A stretch of 64,000 nt of DNA from an uncultured Gammaproteobacteria bacterium (GCA_964392925.1 CAYMRP010000007.1:2214-66213), one strand, 5' to 3'; numbered from the stretch's first letter, positions 30,401 through 38,832 are shown. Notes: generated by a model from the letters alone, not told the origin. A program made the numbers and translations.

Positions 30401-30662
30401 TTTTATTGGTGATGGTCAGGACACCTCAGGAAATTCTCAAAAAGTGAAAGAGTTTTTACAATTGACTGAATCTGAGCGTGGATTTGGAGAACACATGTTA
30501 TCGGCAATTATGCTTGGTGATGAATCACAAAGGAAAGAACTGGCAGCAATTTTTGGAGATGAACACACAACAGTTGCACCTAACTTTGATGATTTAATTG
30601 AACAAAGTATGTATAAATTTGATGAAGATATCGAGGTTTATTTAGCAGATAAAACAATTTGA
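27447..30662 (+). CDS. Giant protein with a transglutaminase-like core, a Gln-rich tandem repeat and a C-terminal von Willebrand factor A domain
   Basis: 1071 aa. TGase-like core: ECYSANTLYLAMLRKTGIPARLVIGH ... GHAWTEVWDGVAWRRMDATP (Cys/His/Asp). Repeat: QQQGEGQPQQGEGQPQQGQPQDGQQGQPQQGESQQGEPQQG. VWA MIDAS motif: MVDVSGSMAGEKL ... GGTNM. Confidence 0.65.
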   Translation: MDRERGELPRQPLQRDNLAREKIFLAEQASEGGLKVVPGKSWAFHYPNGAEARSAAISGLLKGRVKPDEVTGDLKPDAFTYDVADLETQGLPSVSGRVRDVSSYVTHYDYPRFAQFVSEMQGTGMEADTAQSLYDGIAQSRIRKKMIDSYGYTGRKQMEDALKLEAERTAQQIGGLPKVEKVLAALKMNWLAEDLQLARTEQRDQAVGQLSADERELYDQLKDSYQGYVRKGDQGDYEKLVKGVKENIPRIQQAQQEPQTDESQEKLEQELEQYKDKVEPPGMPGDPAIPPEDSDEYHTPPVMPGESKEQASQRPIFEITPSGSSTNPLTGYYASGRKSYYDVDRKTWSKRKQLSSYNSTLFGSERQTISGTTTAGLKSIPIPNGYGLDMASLKFNGARPEILRDQNGCFYIKTDGSNSFSVDFLKQDTPFAGPPVADDIIPIHRGQLSPETEQRMFSLAGGTLDKAEQLRQYLLSKHFYPGDGDLEMAQSLQLKLRSESTGDNYIQNLDQSEYLECYSANTLYLAMLRKTGIPARLVIGHKVEGAKDGKAAIDATTGHAWTEVWDGVAWRRMDATPSPKQQKKDQGKDQNSPTQEAQDGGIERQDQGQQQQGEGQPQQGEGQPQQGQPQDGQQGQPQQGESQQGEPQQGGPGQPGESMPGSQMGEASDQDISQGESQLDNAKQFSQQQEQQKRSMDQQLQDTKSFEDLKKLEQQAEKSDLFDDMKEDLQQKMEAKEEQMKESMKENLDQMVQDGFLDEDRRQELEQQLDKNKLEDLDRIRQQIERESRLFNEYQEIKEDVAPLVDQWFDYFVERLPRQDEVELDEDSLTRQGAFNRHSVMRPRNLLFGTVKNPRVIKPSIKPKFLASIMVDVSGSMAGEKLNMARKQLVFYNELFSRISEEFGFIRYANNIFSDTVVELKSYDQEYDSPTRYDWSDGSKSTIKARLMQAVRTQGGTNMLPAIQKAAADLNKETFEYPDYASSFYFIGDGQDTSGNSQKVKEFLQLTESERGFGEHMLSAIMLGDESQRKELAAIFGDEHTTVAPNFDDLIEQSMYKFDEDIEVYLADKTI

Positions 30663-30680
30663 TTAATTAATTCTTAGATT

Positions 30681-30702
30681 ACCCTACCTCTCTACTCACT
30701 AT
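30681..30702 (+). repeat. 22-nt direct repeat copy B (ACCCTACCTCTCTACTCACTAT) with a downstream TATAAT
   Basis: Partner of 21333-21354; TATAAT at 30717-30722, 17 nt after the repeat end; ATG of the next gene at 30740. Confidence 0.6.
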
Positions 30703-30739
30703 ATTTTCAAAGCTAGTATAATCAGCTGATTAAATAAAT

Positions 30740-31957
30740 ATGAGTATAAAAATTAAAAAGAGTGATCTGCAACCTTCCTTTAGGCAAAAAGATCTAATGA
30801 CAAAAAGTAACTTTATAAGTTACTGCTATCAATATGGGGTAAGAACCGGGGATAGTGAATTGGAATTTTTAGAAAAGAAAGGTTTATTTTTTCCGGCGGT
30901 TAGAGTTTATAGAGAGGCTGTTGAGATGCGGGAAATATATGCAACATTTGATGGTGAAAAGCAATGGAGATTGGTCCCACGACATTATGTTGATGTTGAT
31001 CCGATACCTTTTGATGAAGTGAAGCCGGACGTTTTTTATATTTTTGATTCTCTTCATCTAGGTGCTCATAATTGGCTTGATCCTTATAAGGTGCGGGGTA
31101 TGGTGGAATACCCTGCTAATAGGAAATTTAAGGCTTGGAATGAGCGGATTAATAATTCCGTTGCAATAGCTAAAGAAGCGGATGACTTAGGAAGTGCATT
31201 TGAAACATTTTATGGGAAGAATCAGCTTTATGCACTTAAGTTCTTACAAAGTCGATTAACTTTAGAAATTAGAGATGCGGGATTGTTTAGAACTCCTGAA
31301 GAATGGGTTAAATTGGGGGAATCAGTAACAAAAATGTTTACGACAGAAGTAACCAATAAATTTCTTAAAGAGACGATGCTTAATTATAATAAATTTTTTG
31401 CTTTTGTGGATGATTTAGCAAGGCTTTGGGATGAAAGAACAGTTGAGTTGGATATTGAGTTTTCAAGGATGAAAAAGGTACTTGAGAAACCAGAAGAATC
31501 CGATTTGAATCCAACTGATATTGTGGAGGCGGAAAATAGGGTGGATGAATCACTCAAAGCCAAAGCTGCAGAATTATTAAAAAGGCATACTATCCCAATG
31601 AATGAGCTAGATAATTGGCGGGTTACACTTTTGAGCTACGGTACTTTTGGTATACGGTTTAGATCAATAAGTCAGAAACCTTACTTGAACAAATTAAATG
31701 ATGAGGATCTGGCTAAATCAGAAGATCCCTATAAGATTGTGCATCAATTAAATTGGTTAATTGTAATTAATGGGGGACAGAAACTGACAATTAAGGAGCT
31801 TTTAATACGCTCGGGTTCATATCAAACCTGTAAGTATTGTGAGCGGGAATATAAACCAAAAAGGATTGATCAAACTAATTGCGGTTTACAGGATTGTCAA
31901 ATGAAGCATAAAAACGAACTCAAAAAAGAGAAACGCAAAGCAGGGATTTATAAGTAA
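30740..31957 (+). CDS. Hypothetical protein with a C-terminal Cys cluster (possible zinc ribbon)
   Basis: 405 aa; C-terminal CKYCEREYKPKRIDQTNCGLQDC followed by a basic tail. Confidence 0.45.
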   Translation: MSIKIKKSDLQPSFRQKDLMTKSNFISYCYQYGVRTGDSELEFLEKKGLFFPAVRVYREAVEMREIYATFDGEKQWRLVPRHYVDVDPIPFDEVKPDVFYIFDSLHLGAHNWLDPYKVRGMVEYPANRKFKAWNERINNSVAIAKEADDLGSAFETFYGKNQLYALKFLQSRLTLEIRDAGLFRTPEEWVKLGESVTKMFTTEVTNKFLKETMLNYNKFFAFVDDLARLWDERTVELDIEFSRMKKVLEKPEESDLNPTDIVEAENRVDESLKAKAAELLKRHTIPMNELDNWRVTLLSYGTFGIRFRSISQKPYLNKLNDEDLAKSEDPYKIVHQLNWLIVINGGQKLTIKELLIRSGSYQTCKYCEREYKPKRIDQTNCGLQDCQMKHKNELKKEKRKAGIYK

Positions 31958-32018
31958 CGGAACTCTTCCGGAACTTTCCATAAAGGCTGACTGGTTATTT
32001 TAATATTACCTTAGCTTT

Positions 32019-32291
32019 ATGGATAAAAATAAATATTCAGATAAATATTTCCGGTTAACAAACTTTTACCTAGCTGCCTTTCTATTTTCCAAAGGAATGG
32101 AATTGGTCAATATTGACCGTACCGATCCAAAACGCTCTGAGTTTGTATATTTAGATACCCCTGAAAGAGAACAATTAGTACAGAACTTTAATTTCGCTTC
32201 AGAAGACTCCCCTGAATCATTGGTTGATGTCCGTAAGTTTGTAATGGCGATAAAAATGCTTAAAGACAAGCTGTATCAGGAAAGGTATTGA
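32019..32291 (+). CDS. Hypothetical small protein
   Basis: 90-aa ORF. Confidence 0.35.
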   Translation: MDKNKYSDKYFRLTNFYLAAFLFSKGMELVNIDRTDPKRSEFVYLDTPEREQLVQNFNFASEDSPESLVDVRKFVMAIKMLKDKLYQERY

Positions 32292-32295
32292 AGCG

Positions 32296-33789
32296 ATGGC
32301 AGACGATGAGTATAAAGATTTTGAAAAAAGATTTGAAGCAATACAGGAGCAGCAAAAGAAGCTGCGGTTGGATAAGTTGGAAAAAGAATTTCCACTTCCT
32401 GAGAGGGTTTTACATCTTCAACAGATTCATGCAGAAAAAGAAAAGGAAAAACTTAAGCAAGAATTAGAGCAGGTTGAGGAAGAGCCGCTAGTTGATGTAA
32501 CTCAATTTAAGCCCCTATCCGCGAGTGAGCTATTAAAAACTTTAGGGCTAACTATTAAAAGGGATGAGATAAATAAGCTGATTACTTTTCTTGCTCAACT
32601 GTCAGCCTATACGGAGGATTCCCAGTTAAATATTAGTTTTAACGCGCCGTCAGCATCCGGTAAATCCTATATCCCAACAGAAATTGCCCGGTTATTTCCA
32701 AGTAAAGATGTAATTGAAGTTGCCTATTGTTCACCAACTGCTTTTTTCCATGATTACGGGGAGTTTGATAAAGAAAAAGGCGGTTATATTGTTAATCTTT
32801 CCAGAAAAATTATTATCTTTTTGGACCAACCTCATACACTTCTGCTTCAACATTTAAGACCATTATTGTCGCATGACAACAAAATTATAAGACTTAAGGT
32901 TACTGACAAGTCTCAGAAAAAAGGGCTTCAAACTAAAAATATCTTTTTAATAGGGTACCCAACAGTCATATTTTGCACAGCCGGTTTGAATCTGGACGAA
33001 CAGGAAGCCACCCGATTTTTGCTTTTATCACCTGAAATTAACCAGGAGAAAATTAGAGAAGCAATTTTTGAGAAGATTAGGAAAGAATCGGATTCTGCAA
33101 ATTACAGTCACGAACTAGAGTCCGACCCCGGCAGAATTTCACTAAAAGATAGGATCCTTGCTATTAAGCAGGAAAATATTAAGGAGATTAAAATTGGAAA
33201 TCCGGAACTTGTAAAAAAGTTATTCATTGAGAGAATTAAAATATTCAAACCAAGAAATCAGCGGGATATTGGCAGGGTTATTAGTCTTATCAAAGTTTTT
33301 GCACTGTTTAACTTATGGTTTAGGGAGCGGAATGGTTCTTTAATTAAGGCAAATGATGAAGACATAACAGAGGCTTTTAAAGTCTGGGACGCTATATCCG
33401 AAAGCCAGGAATTAAACTTACCTCCGTTTGTTTATAACCTTTACAAAGATGTTGTAATTGCAGCATACAAGGACAGAAATGGCGAAACTGAGGGAGCAGT
33501 CAAAATTGGTTTAACCCGGTCCGATTTAATGCAAAAGCATTATCAGGTATATGGTAGATTTTTGCCAGATTGGATGTGGAGACAGCAGATTATCCCGCAG
33601 CTAGAAACCGCCGGACTGATTTCCCAAGAGCCGGACCCCACTGATAAAAGAAGAATTTTAGTTTACCCTACTCCTTTACTCACAAATTCCAGAGAACAAA
33701 ACTATAGTGAGTCTGGTGGTGGGGTAGATAGTGAAAAGGCTTTAGAAGACTTAACTAGGGAAATTTTTGAAGTGGAGGAGTCTGAATGA
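32296..33789 (+). CDS. Hypothetical protein with a P-loop-like motif (possible replication/primase-associated ATPase)
   Basis: 497 aa; NISFNAPSASGKSYIPTEIARLF resembles a Walker A; a hydrophobic strand followed by D (IIIFLDQP) could be Walker B; coiled-coil N-terminus. Confidence 0.45.
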   Translation: MADDEYKDFEKRFEAIQEQQKKLRLDKLEKEFPLPERVLHLQQIHAEKEKEKLKQELEQVEEEPLVDVTQFKPLSASELLKTLGLTIKRDEINKLITFLAQLSAYTEDSQLNISFNAPSASGKSYIPTEIARLFPSKDVIEVAYCSPTAFFHDYGEFDKEKGGYIVNLSRKIIIFLDQPHTLLLQHLRPLLSHDNKIIRLKVTDKSQKKGLQTKNIFLIGYPTVIFCTAGLNLDEQEATRFLLLSPEINQEKIREAIFEKIRKESDSANYSHELESDPGRISLKDRILAIKQENIKEIKIGNPELVKKLFIERIKIFKPRNQRDIGRVISLIKVFALFNLWFRERNGSLIKANDEDITEAFKVWDAISESQELNLPPFVYNLYKDVVIAAYKDRNGETEGAVKIGLTRSDLMQKHYQVYGRFLPDWMWRQQIIPQLETAGLISQEPDPTDKRRILVYPTPLLTNSREQNYSESGGGVDSEKALEDLTREIFEVEESE

Positions 33790-33939
33790 GAAAAATTACT
33801 CCTCTAAAGTTCCAGTTTAATTATATAGATAATCCTGATAGTGAAAGTAAAGTTAAGAGTGCCTATAGGAGGATTTTTAATATAGCAAAGCAAAATATTT
33901 TAGAGAGAAGAAAAATAAAGAAGAAAGGAGGAGAAAAAC

Positions 33940-34206
33940 ATGTTACAGGAAATTACATTACACAATTATAAACAACTAAAAAGTTTAATAGATGACTATC
34001 AGTTCGTTGAAAAGCAGCCAATCAAAGCAAAGAAGGATTTTATTCTTTACAAGGTGTTTTGGGTAGATGAATTTGAACCCAAGGAGATTAAAGAAGCTGA
34101 AGTTCTGATTAAAGATTTTAGTGAAGGAGTTTTAAATATGATGTGTAGTGAACCCGGACTCATGAGTGATTTTAGGGAATATATCGAAGATCTTAACGAG
34201 AACTAA
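33940..34206 (+). CDS. Hypothetical small protein
   Basis: 88-aa ORF. The overlapping 61-aa ORF at 33786-33971 is an alternative that I did not call separately. Confidence 0.3.
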   Translation: MLQEITLHNYKQLKSLIDDYQFVEKQPIKAKKDFILYKVFWVDEFEPKEIKEAEVLIKDFSEGVLNMMCSEPGLMSDFREYIEDLNEN

Positions 34207-34217
34207 GAGTGAGATAG

Positions 34218-34448
34218 TTGACAATAATAGTACACAAAAGTACACTAAAGTTAGATATGGATAATACCCAAGAAGAGTATCTAACCCCTGAGCAAGTTGC
34301 TGAAAAACTCAAAGTTAAAAAGATAACCATTTATAGAATGGCAAGAACAGGAAAACTTCCGGCTATAAAATTTGGTAAAAGCTGGAGAATTAACAGTATT
34401 AAATTAGCAGAGTTTTTAGAAAAGGAATCAAATAAAAATGAACGATAA
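34218..34448 (+). CDS. Helix-turn-helix DNA-binding protein, excisionase/MerR-like (candidate recombination directionality factor)
   Basis: 76 aa; LTPEQVAEKLKVKKITIYRMARTGKLPAIKFGKSWRI is a typical excisionase-family HTH; lies immediately upstream of the recombinase and overlaps it. Confidence 0.6.
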   Translation: MTIIVHKSTLKLDMDNTQEEYLTPEQVAEKLKVKKITIYRMARTGKLPAIKFGKSWRINSIKLAEFLEKESNKNER

Positions 34449-36081
34449 TCAAACATCACAACCGCTAATAGCAGCTTTATACGCTCGTGTTTCCACCTCT
34501 AGGCAAGAGGAACAGGAGACTATTGGATCTCAGATTGAGGAGATTAAAGCAAGAATCCTAGCAGATGGGAATGTTTTACCAGCTGAAAACATCTTCCAAG
34601 ATGATGGTTGGACCGGCGAAATGTTACAAAGACCGGGACTGGATGCCATGCGAGATGCAGCTATGGCTGATGCTTTCAAAGTCTTATACGTTTATGACAG
34701 AGGTAGGCTTTCTAGGGTTTTTGCTTACCAAGAAATTATTCTTGAAGAAATAATCAATTTAGATATTAAGTTTGTTACTTTGCACGATGTAAAGGCTGAA
34801 ACTGCTGAGGAAAGAGTATTGCAGGCTATGCAGGGAGTATTTCATGAATATGAGAGGGTAAAGATTGCAGAAAGAATGAGGAGAGGAAAAATGTACAAGG
34901 CAAAAAACAATGTGCTTATTAATGGACACTCATTATATGGATGGAATTACATTAAAAAGACAGATACAAAACCGGCTCATTACACGATTAATGAGGAACA
35001 AGCTAGGGTAGTAAATATGATATTTGAATGGGTAGGTATTGAACAAATTTCTCTCAGAGAGGTCATTAAAAGACTCTATGATAAGGGTGTTAGCCCTAGA
35101 AAAGGTAAAAGTGAATTTTGGACAAAAGGTCCACTGGTTAGGTTATTAGGATGTGAATCTTATGTGACTGGGATTATCCATTACAACAAATCTGAAGCTA
35201 TAGTGGCTAAAAATCCTACAAAACACGATAAGTATAAAAAGGTAAAAAGAAGCAGTAGAAGAGAGAGACCAAGAGAGGATTGGCTGCCGTTTGAAGTCCC
35301 CATCATCTTAGAGGATAAAGAGCTTTTTAACAAAGTCCAGAGAATTTTAGACCACAATAAAAAATATGCTCGCAAGAATAAAAAATATAATTATTTACTC
35401 TCAGGATTAGTATTTTGTGAATGTGGTATTAGAAGAGCTGGTGATGGGGCAAACAGTCATGGACACCACTATTACCGTTGTGCTGAAAGGATTTATACCT
35501 TTCCAGCGAAGAATAAATGCACATCCCCCGGTGTTAATGCTGTTTTATTAGATGGTTTTACTTGGAAACACTTATCTGAATTCTTAACTAATCCACAGGA
35601 GCTGAGGAAACAAGCGGAAAAATACCTTAACTCCCAGAGAGATGATGTAATGCCTGCTCAAGAGTTGGTAAAGTTGGAATCTATAGTTCAGAAAATTGAG
35701 GAAGAAGAAAAAAGATATGCGAAGGCTTATGGTGCCGGGACTTTAGAATTTGAGCAGTATCTGGACTTAATGAAGGATGCCAAAAAGAGGAAAAATGTCC
35801 ATAAAGAACAGTTAAATTTATTGAGTCAAAAAGTTGTTCAAGATGATGTCAGCTCTATAGATGTTGATGAATTGTGTGAAGAGGCAACTAAGGTTTTAAA
35901 GAACATGGACCTGTCTAACAAAATTAAAGTGGTTAGGGATATAATAGACAAGATTATTATCAAAGAAAGGAGCAGTGTTGAAGTATGGGGACATTTACCT
36001 CTATTCAACCAAAAGTTGGGATATGGGACTGAGAGTAGGGATTGTTGGGTTGCCGAATGTGGGGAAATCTACGTTATTTAA
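34438..36081 (+). CDS. Large serine recombinase (resolvase/invertase N-terminal domain, recombinase domain and zinc ribbon)
   Basis: 547 aa; N-terminal ALYARVSTSRQEE with the catalytic Ser and LYVYDRGRLSR; C-terminal Cys cluster CECG...YYRCAER; coiled-coil tail. Confidence 0.8.
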   Translation: MNDNQTSQPLIAALYARVSTSRQEEQETIGSQIEEIKARILADGNVLPAENIFQDDGWTGEMLQRPGLDAMRDAAMADAFKVLYVYDRGRLSRVFAYQEIILEEIINLDIKFVTLHDVKAETAEERVLQAMQGVFHEYERVKIAERMRRGKMYKAKNNVLINGHSLYGWNYIKKTDTKPAHYTINEEQARVVNMIFEWVGIEQISLREVIKRLYDKGVSPRKGKSEFWTKGPLVRLLGCESYVTGIIHYNKSEAIVAKNPTKHDKYKKVKRSSRRERPREDWLPFEVPIILEDKELFNKVQRILDHNKKYARKNKKYNYLLSGLVFCECGIRRAGDGANSHGHHYYRCAERIYTFPAKNKCTSPGVNAVLLDGFTWKHLSEFLTNPQELRKQAEKYLNSQRDDVMPAQELVKLESIVQKIEEEEKRYAKAYGAGTLEFEQYLDLMKDAKKRKNVHKEQLNLLSQKVVQDDVSSIDVDELCEEATKVLKNMDLSNKIKVVRDIIDKIIIKERSSVEVWGHLPLFNQKLGYGTESRDCWVAECGEIYVI

Positions 36082-37120
36082 TAGTCTCTTGAAGAAGCGG
36101 GTGGCTTTGTCTGCGAATTATCCGTTTGCGACTATTGAGCCAAATACTGGGATTGTTGCAGTTCCTGATGAAAGGCTTTTGAAGCTTGCGGAAATTACAA
36201 AAGTAGAGGAGAAGATGGATTCTTTACCGCCGCTGGTTAATGCGACTGTTGAATTCGTTGATATTGCGGGGTTGGTTAAGGGGGCTTCAGAGGGAGCTGG
36301 TTTAGGGAATAAATTCTTGTCTCATATTCGCGAGGTTGACGCGATTATTCACGTACTTCGGGATTTTGAGGATTCTAATATTGTTCGTGAGGGTTCGGTG
36401 GATGCCTTATCTGATAGAGAAACAATTGAAACGGAACTTGCTTTAGCGGATATGCAGGTGATGGAGAAATTAATTGCCGGGCAGGAAAAGTTAGCGAGGA
36501 CAAATGGATCGGATCCGATTGAGAAACAAAAAATGGAGATTTTAAACTCAATAAATACGACACTTTCCGAAGGGAGAATGCTAGGAAAGTATGAGGTAGG
36601 GGATGAGAGATTGAAATTATGGTTTGAGACCTTGCCTTTATTAACTACGAAACCAGTACTGTATGTTTTTAATGTTGATGAAGGATCTTATGCGGGCAAG
36701 TTAGAACAGGTTGTTAATGATAACGAAATTTATATTTCGGCTAAGATCGAAGAGGAGTTGGTTGAATTATCAGATGAGGATAAAAATGAGTATTTGGCTG
36801 AACTTGGAATTAAAGAACCGGGACTTGAGAGATTAATTAAAAAGGCTTATTCACTATTAGGTCTGGCTTCGTTTTTGACTGCCGGGAAAAAAGAAGTTAA
36901 AGCCTGGACTTTTAAAACCGGAATGAAAGCTCCTGAGACCGCGGGAGTTATTCATACTGATTTTATTAAAAAATTTATCAGGGCTCAGGTGGTTTCTTAC
37001 GATCAATTAATGGAGGCAGGGAGTATGGCGATTGCGAAATCTAAGGGTTGGGTGAGAACTGAGGGTAAAGAATATGTAATGAAAGATGGAGATGTAGTTG
37101 AGTTTTTGATAGGTTCCTAG
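36023..37120 (+). CDS. ychF: Ribosome-binding ATPase YchF (Obg-family GTPase)
   Basis: MGLRVGIVGLPNVGKSTLFN (G1 motif), DIAGLVKGAS (G3), C-terminal TGS-like ...MKDGDVVEF. The six-frame ORF extends upstream to 35975, but the conserved N-terminus begins at the Met at 36023. Confidence 0.85.
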   Translation: MGLRVGIVGLPNVGKSTLFNSLLKKRVALSANYPFATIEPNTGIVAVPDERLLKLAEITKVEEKMDSLPPLVNATVEFVDIAGLVKGASEGAGLGNKFLSHIREVDAIIHVLRDFEDSNIVREGSVDALSDRETIETELALADMQVMEKLIAGQEKLARTNGSDPIEKQKMEILNSINTTLSEGRMLGKYEVGDERLKLWFETLPLLTTKPVLYVFNVDEGSYAGKLEQVVNDNEIYISAKIEEELVELSDEDKNEYLAELGIKEPGLERLIKKAYSLLGLASFLTAGKKEVKAWTFKTGMKAPETAGVIHTDFIKKFIRAQVVSYDQLMEAGSMAIAKSKGWVRTEGKEYVMKDGDVVEFLIGS

Positions 37121-37136
37121 ATTTTATCTTACAAGC

Positions 37137-37166
37137 ATTGACGAAGACACAGCCGGGTAGAGATAA
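37137..37166 (+). promoter_or_regulatory. Candidate promoter upstream of the first dockerin gene
   Basis: TTGACG, 17-18 nt spacer, then GATAAT just upstream of 37174. Confidence 0.3.
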
Positions 37167-37173
37167 TAAATAA

Positions 37174-38832
37174 ATGTATTTTGATCAGAGAGGAGCTGTG
37201 CCTTTGCTACTAGCTTTATGCGCAGCCGCACTTCTAGCCTTTTTGGTATTACTATCGATAGTTCCTTTAAAAGATGGTCTACTAAATTCACTTTTTCCTA
37301 AAACTAACTCATATGCAGCAACAAATTTTGTGTCAAATTTTGATGGATTACCGGCTGCTCCGCAACCTTTTTTAGACAGTCCTCAGTCTGCTGACTGGGA
37401 TGTGGCTGTTCATTCACGGGATATTAAAAACTGGCTGCAACTGACTCCTTTTGAAGCACAGCATGGACCGGACTGCGCGCCGCCGATTGATGCAATGGGT
37501 ATGCTGGTAACTCATCATAATGACGGAAGTCATCACAGCGCGGTTTTTAAATGTAAAGATCATTTGATGACAACGATCCGGGCTGGTCTTCATAATGCTC
37601 CGGATGAAGCGACCTCGCAGCCAGGAGAGAATGACGGATATGGGGTAATATATCTGACCCCAAATCAATTGGCAGATTTTAATACTGGTGAAGTAGTCAT
37701 TTCCTGGGAGATGGCAACGCTCCGGACTTCAACCAGAGATTGGGTCGATGTTTGGATTACTCCGTTTGAGGATAACCTGCAGCTGCCGCTCTATGACTGG
37801 CTGCCGGATTTAAATGGCGAACCAAAACGGGCTATTCATATTAATATGAATCAGTTTAATGGTCTGACGACATTTGGAGGAGAGCTGTTTAGTAATTATG
37901 AGCCAATTGGAGTTGAAGAATGCTGGTGGTGTACGCTGGAGGATAAAATGACAACCTCTCCTCAAAAAAGATCTAAGTTTGAACTGCGTCTGAGTAAAAC
38001 TCACCTCAAATTTAGTATGCCCGCGGGTCAGATAGATGTAACAGGTGCGCCAATTAACGGAGGTCAGGAATTGGTTTGGATTGATAGGACATTTGATGCA
38101 CCGCTTGATTGGGGCAGCGGAGTAGTCCAGTTTGGGCATCATTCATATAATCCGTCAAAAGACTGTACTTATAATCCGGCTACTCCGTATAAAACCTGTT
38201 ATGCCAATACCTGGCATTGGGATGCATTCTCGATCTCTAATGCTAAACCATTTACTTTAATTAAGGGCAATAGAAGGTTCGTAGCAAAAGGAATTGGGAC
38301 AGATACAACCGACGTAGTGAGTTTTCCTCAGCCTGCTCCAGCTAATTCATTTTTGCGTTTTAGTGCAATTGGTGTAGTTGAGTATAGTTTAAATAATGGA
38401 CAAACCTATGCAATTGCTCCTTTGCAGCGGGCATCACGGTCTATAGATGGGGTGAGAGGTTTAGGTACGGCTAATAATTATTTTGTTTCCATTCCGCAGG
38501 GAACACAGTCAGTTAAATTCAGACTGAGTGGTGAGGGGTGGTATACGGGGTTTCCTTTGATGGCTAAGGACTTTTCAATCTGGTCTTTATCTTCGCCGGT
38601 GACAGCATCAGTAAACCCAACTTCTTTACCAAGCCAGTTACCTTCGAGCAGTCCCATCCCTTCTGTTAAACCGGGGGATATTGATGGTAATGGCAAAGTT
38701 GACATATTTGACTACAACAGTTTGCTGTCAAACTTCGGAAAAACGGGAACGAATATTCCAGGAGATTATGATAAGAATGGTAAGGTTGATATATTCGATT
38801 TTAATTACTTACTCACAAACTTCGGAAAATAA
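37174..38832 (+). CDS. Secreted protein with a conserved N-terminal signal/anchor and C-terminal dockerin repeats
   Basis: 552 aa; N-terminal DQRGAVPLLLALCAAALLAFLVLLSIVPLKDGLLNSLFPK; C-terminal GDIDGNGKVDIFDYNSLLSNFGK and GDYDKNGKVDIFDFNYLLTNFGK (two Ca-binding dockerin repeats). Confidence 0.6.
   Translation: MYFDQRGAVPLLLALCAAALLAFLVLLSIVPLKDGLLNSLFPKTNSYAATNFVSNFDGLPAAPQPFLDSPQSADWDVAVHSRDIKNWLQLTPFEAQHGPDCAPPIDAMGMLVTHHNDGSHHSAVFKCKDHLMTTIRAGLHNAPDEATSQPGENDGYGVIYLTPNQLADFNTGEVVISWEMATLRTSTRDWVDVWITPFEDNLQLPLYDWLPDLNGEPKRAIHINMNQFNGLTTFGGELFSNYEPIGVEECWWCTLEDKMTTSPQKRSKFELRLSKTHLKFSMPAGQIDVTGAPINGGQELVWIDRTFDAPLDWGSGVVQFGHHSYNPSKDCTYNPATPYKTCYANTWHWDAFSISNAKPFTLIKGNRRFVAKGIGTDTTDVVSFPQPAPANSFLRFSAIGVVEYSLNNGQTYAIAPLQRASRSIDGVRGLGTANNYFVSIPQGTQSVKFRLSGEGWYTGFPLMAKDFSIWSLSSPVTASVNPTSLPSQLPSSSPIPSVKPGDIDGNGKVDIFDYNSLLSNFGKTGTNIPGDYDKNGKVDIFDFNYLLTNFGK

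Larger units (their letters stand above)
30703..36081 (+). mobile_element. Putative integrative element (cargo ORFs, HTH and serine recombinase) abutting ychF
   Basis: Recombinase with an HTH partner at the right edge; the recombinase 3' end overlaps the ychF start; the cargo is lineage-specific ORFs. The left boundary is uncertain and no att core was identified. Confidence 0.35.

Noticed and set aside
35975-36022. Extended N-terminus of YchF (MLKYGDIYLYSTKSWD) as called by the six-frame track
   Set aside because: YchF orthologs start at MGLRVGIVG. The extension overlaps the recombinase 3' end and is more likely recombinase-frame sequence than YchF.
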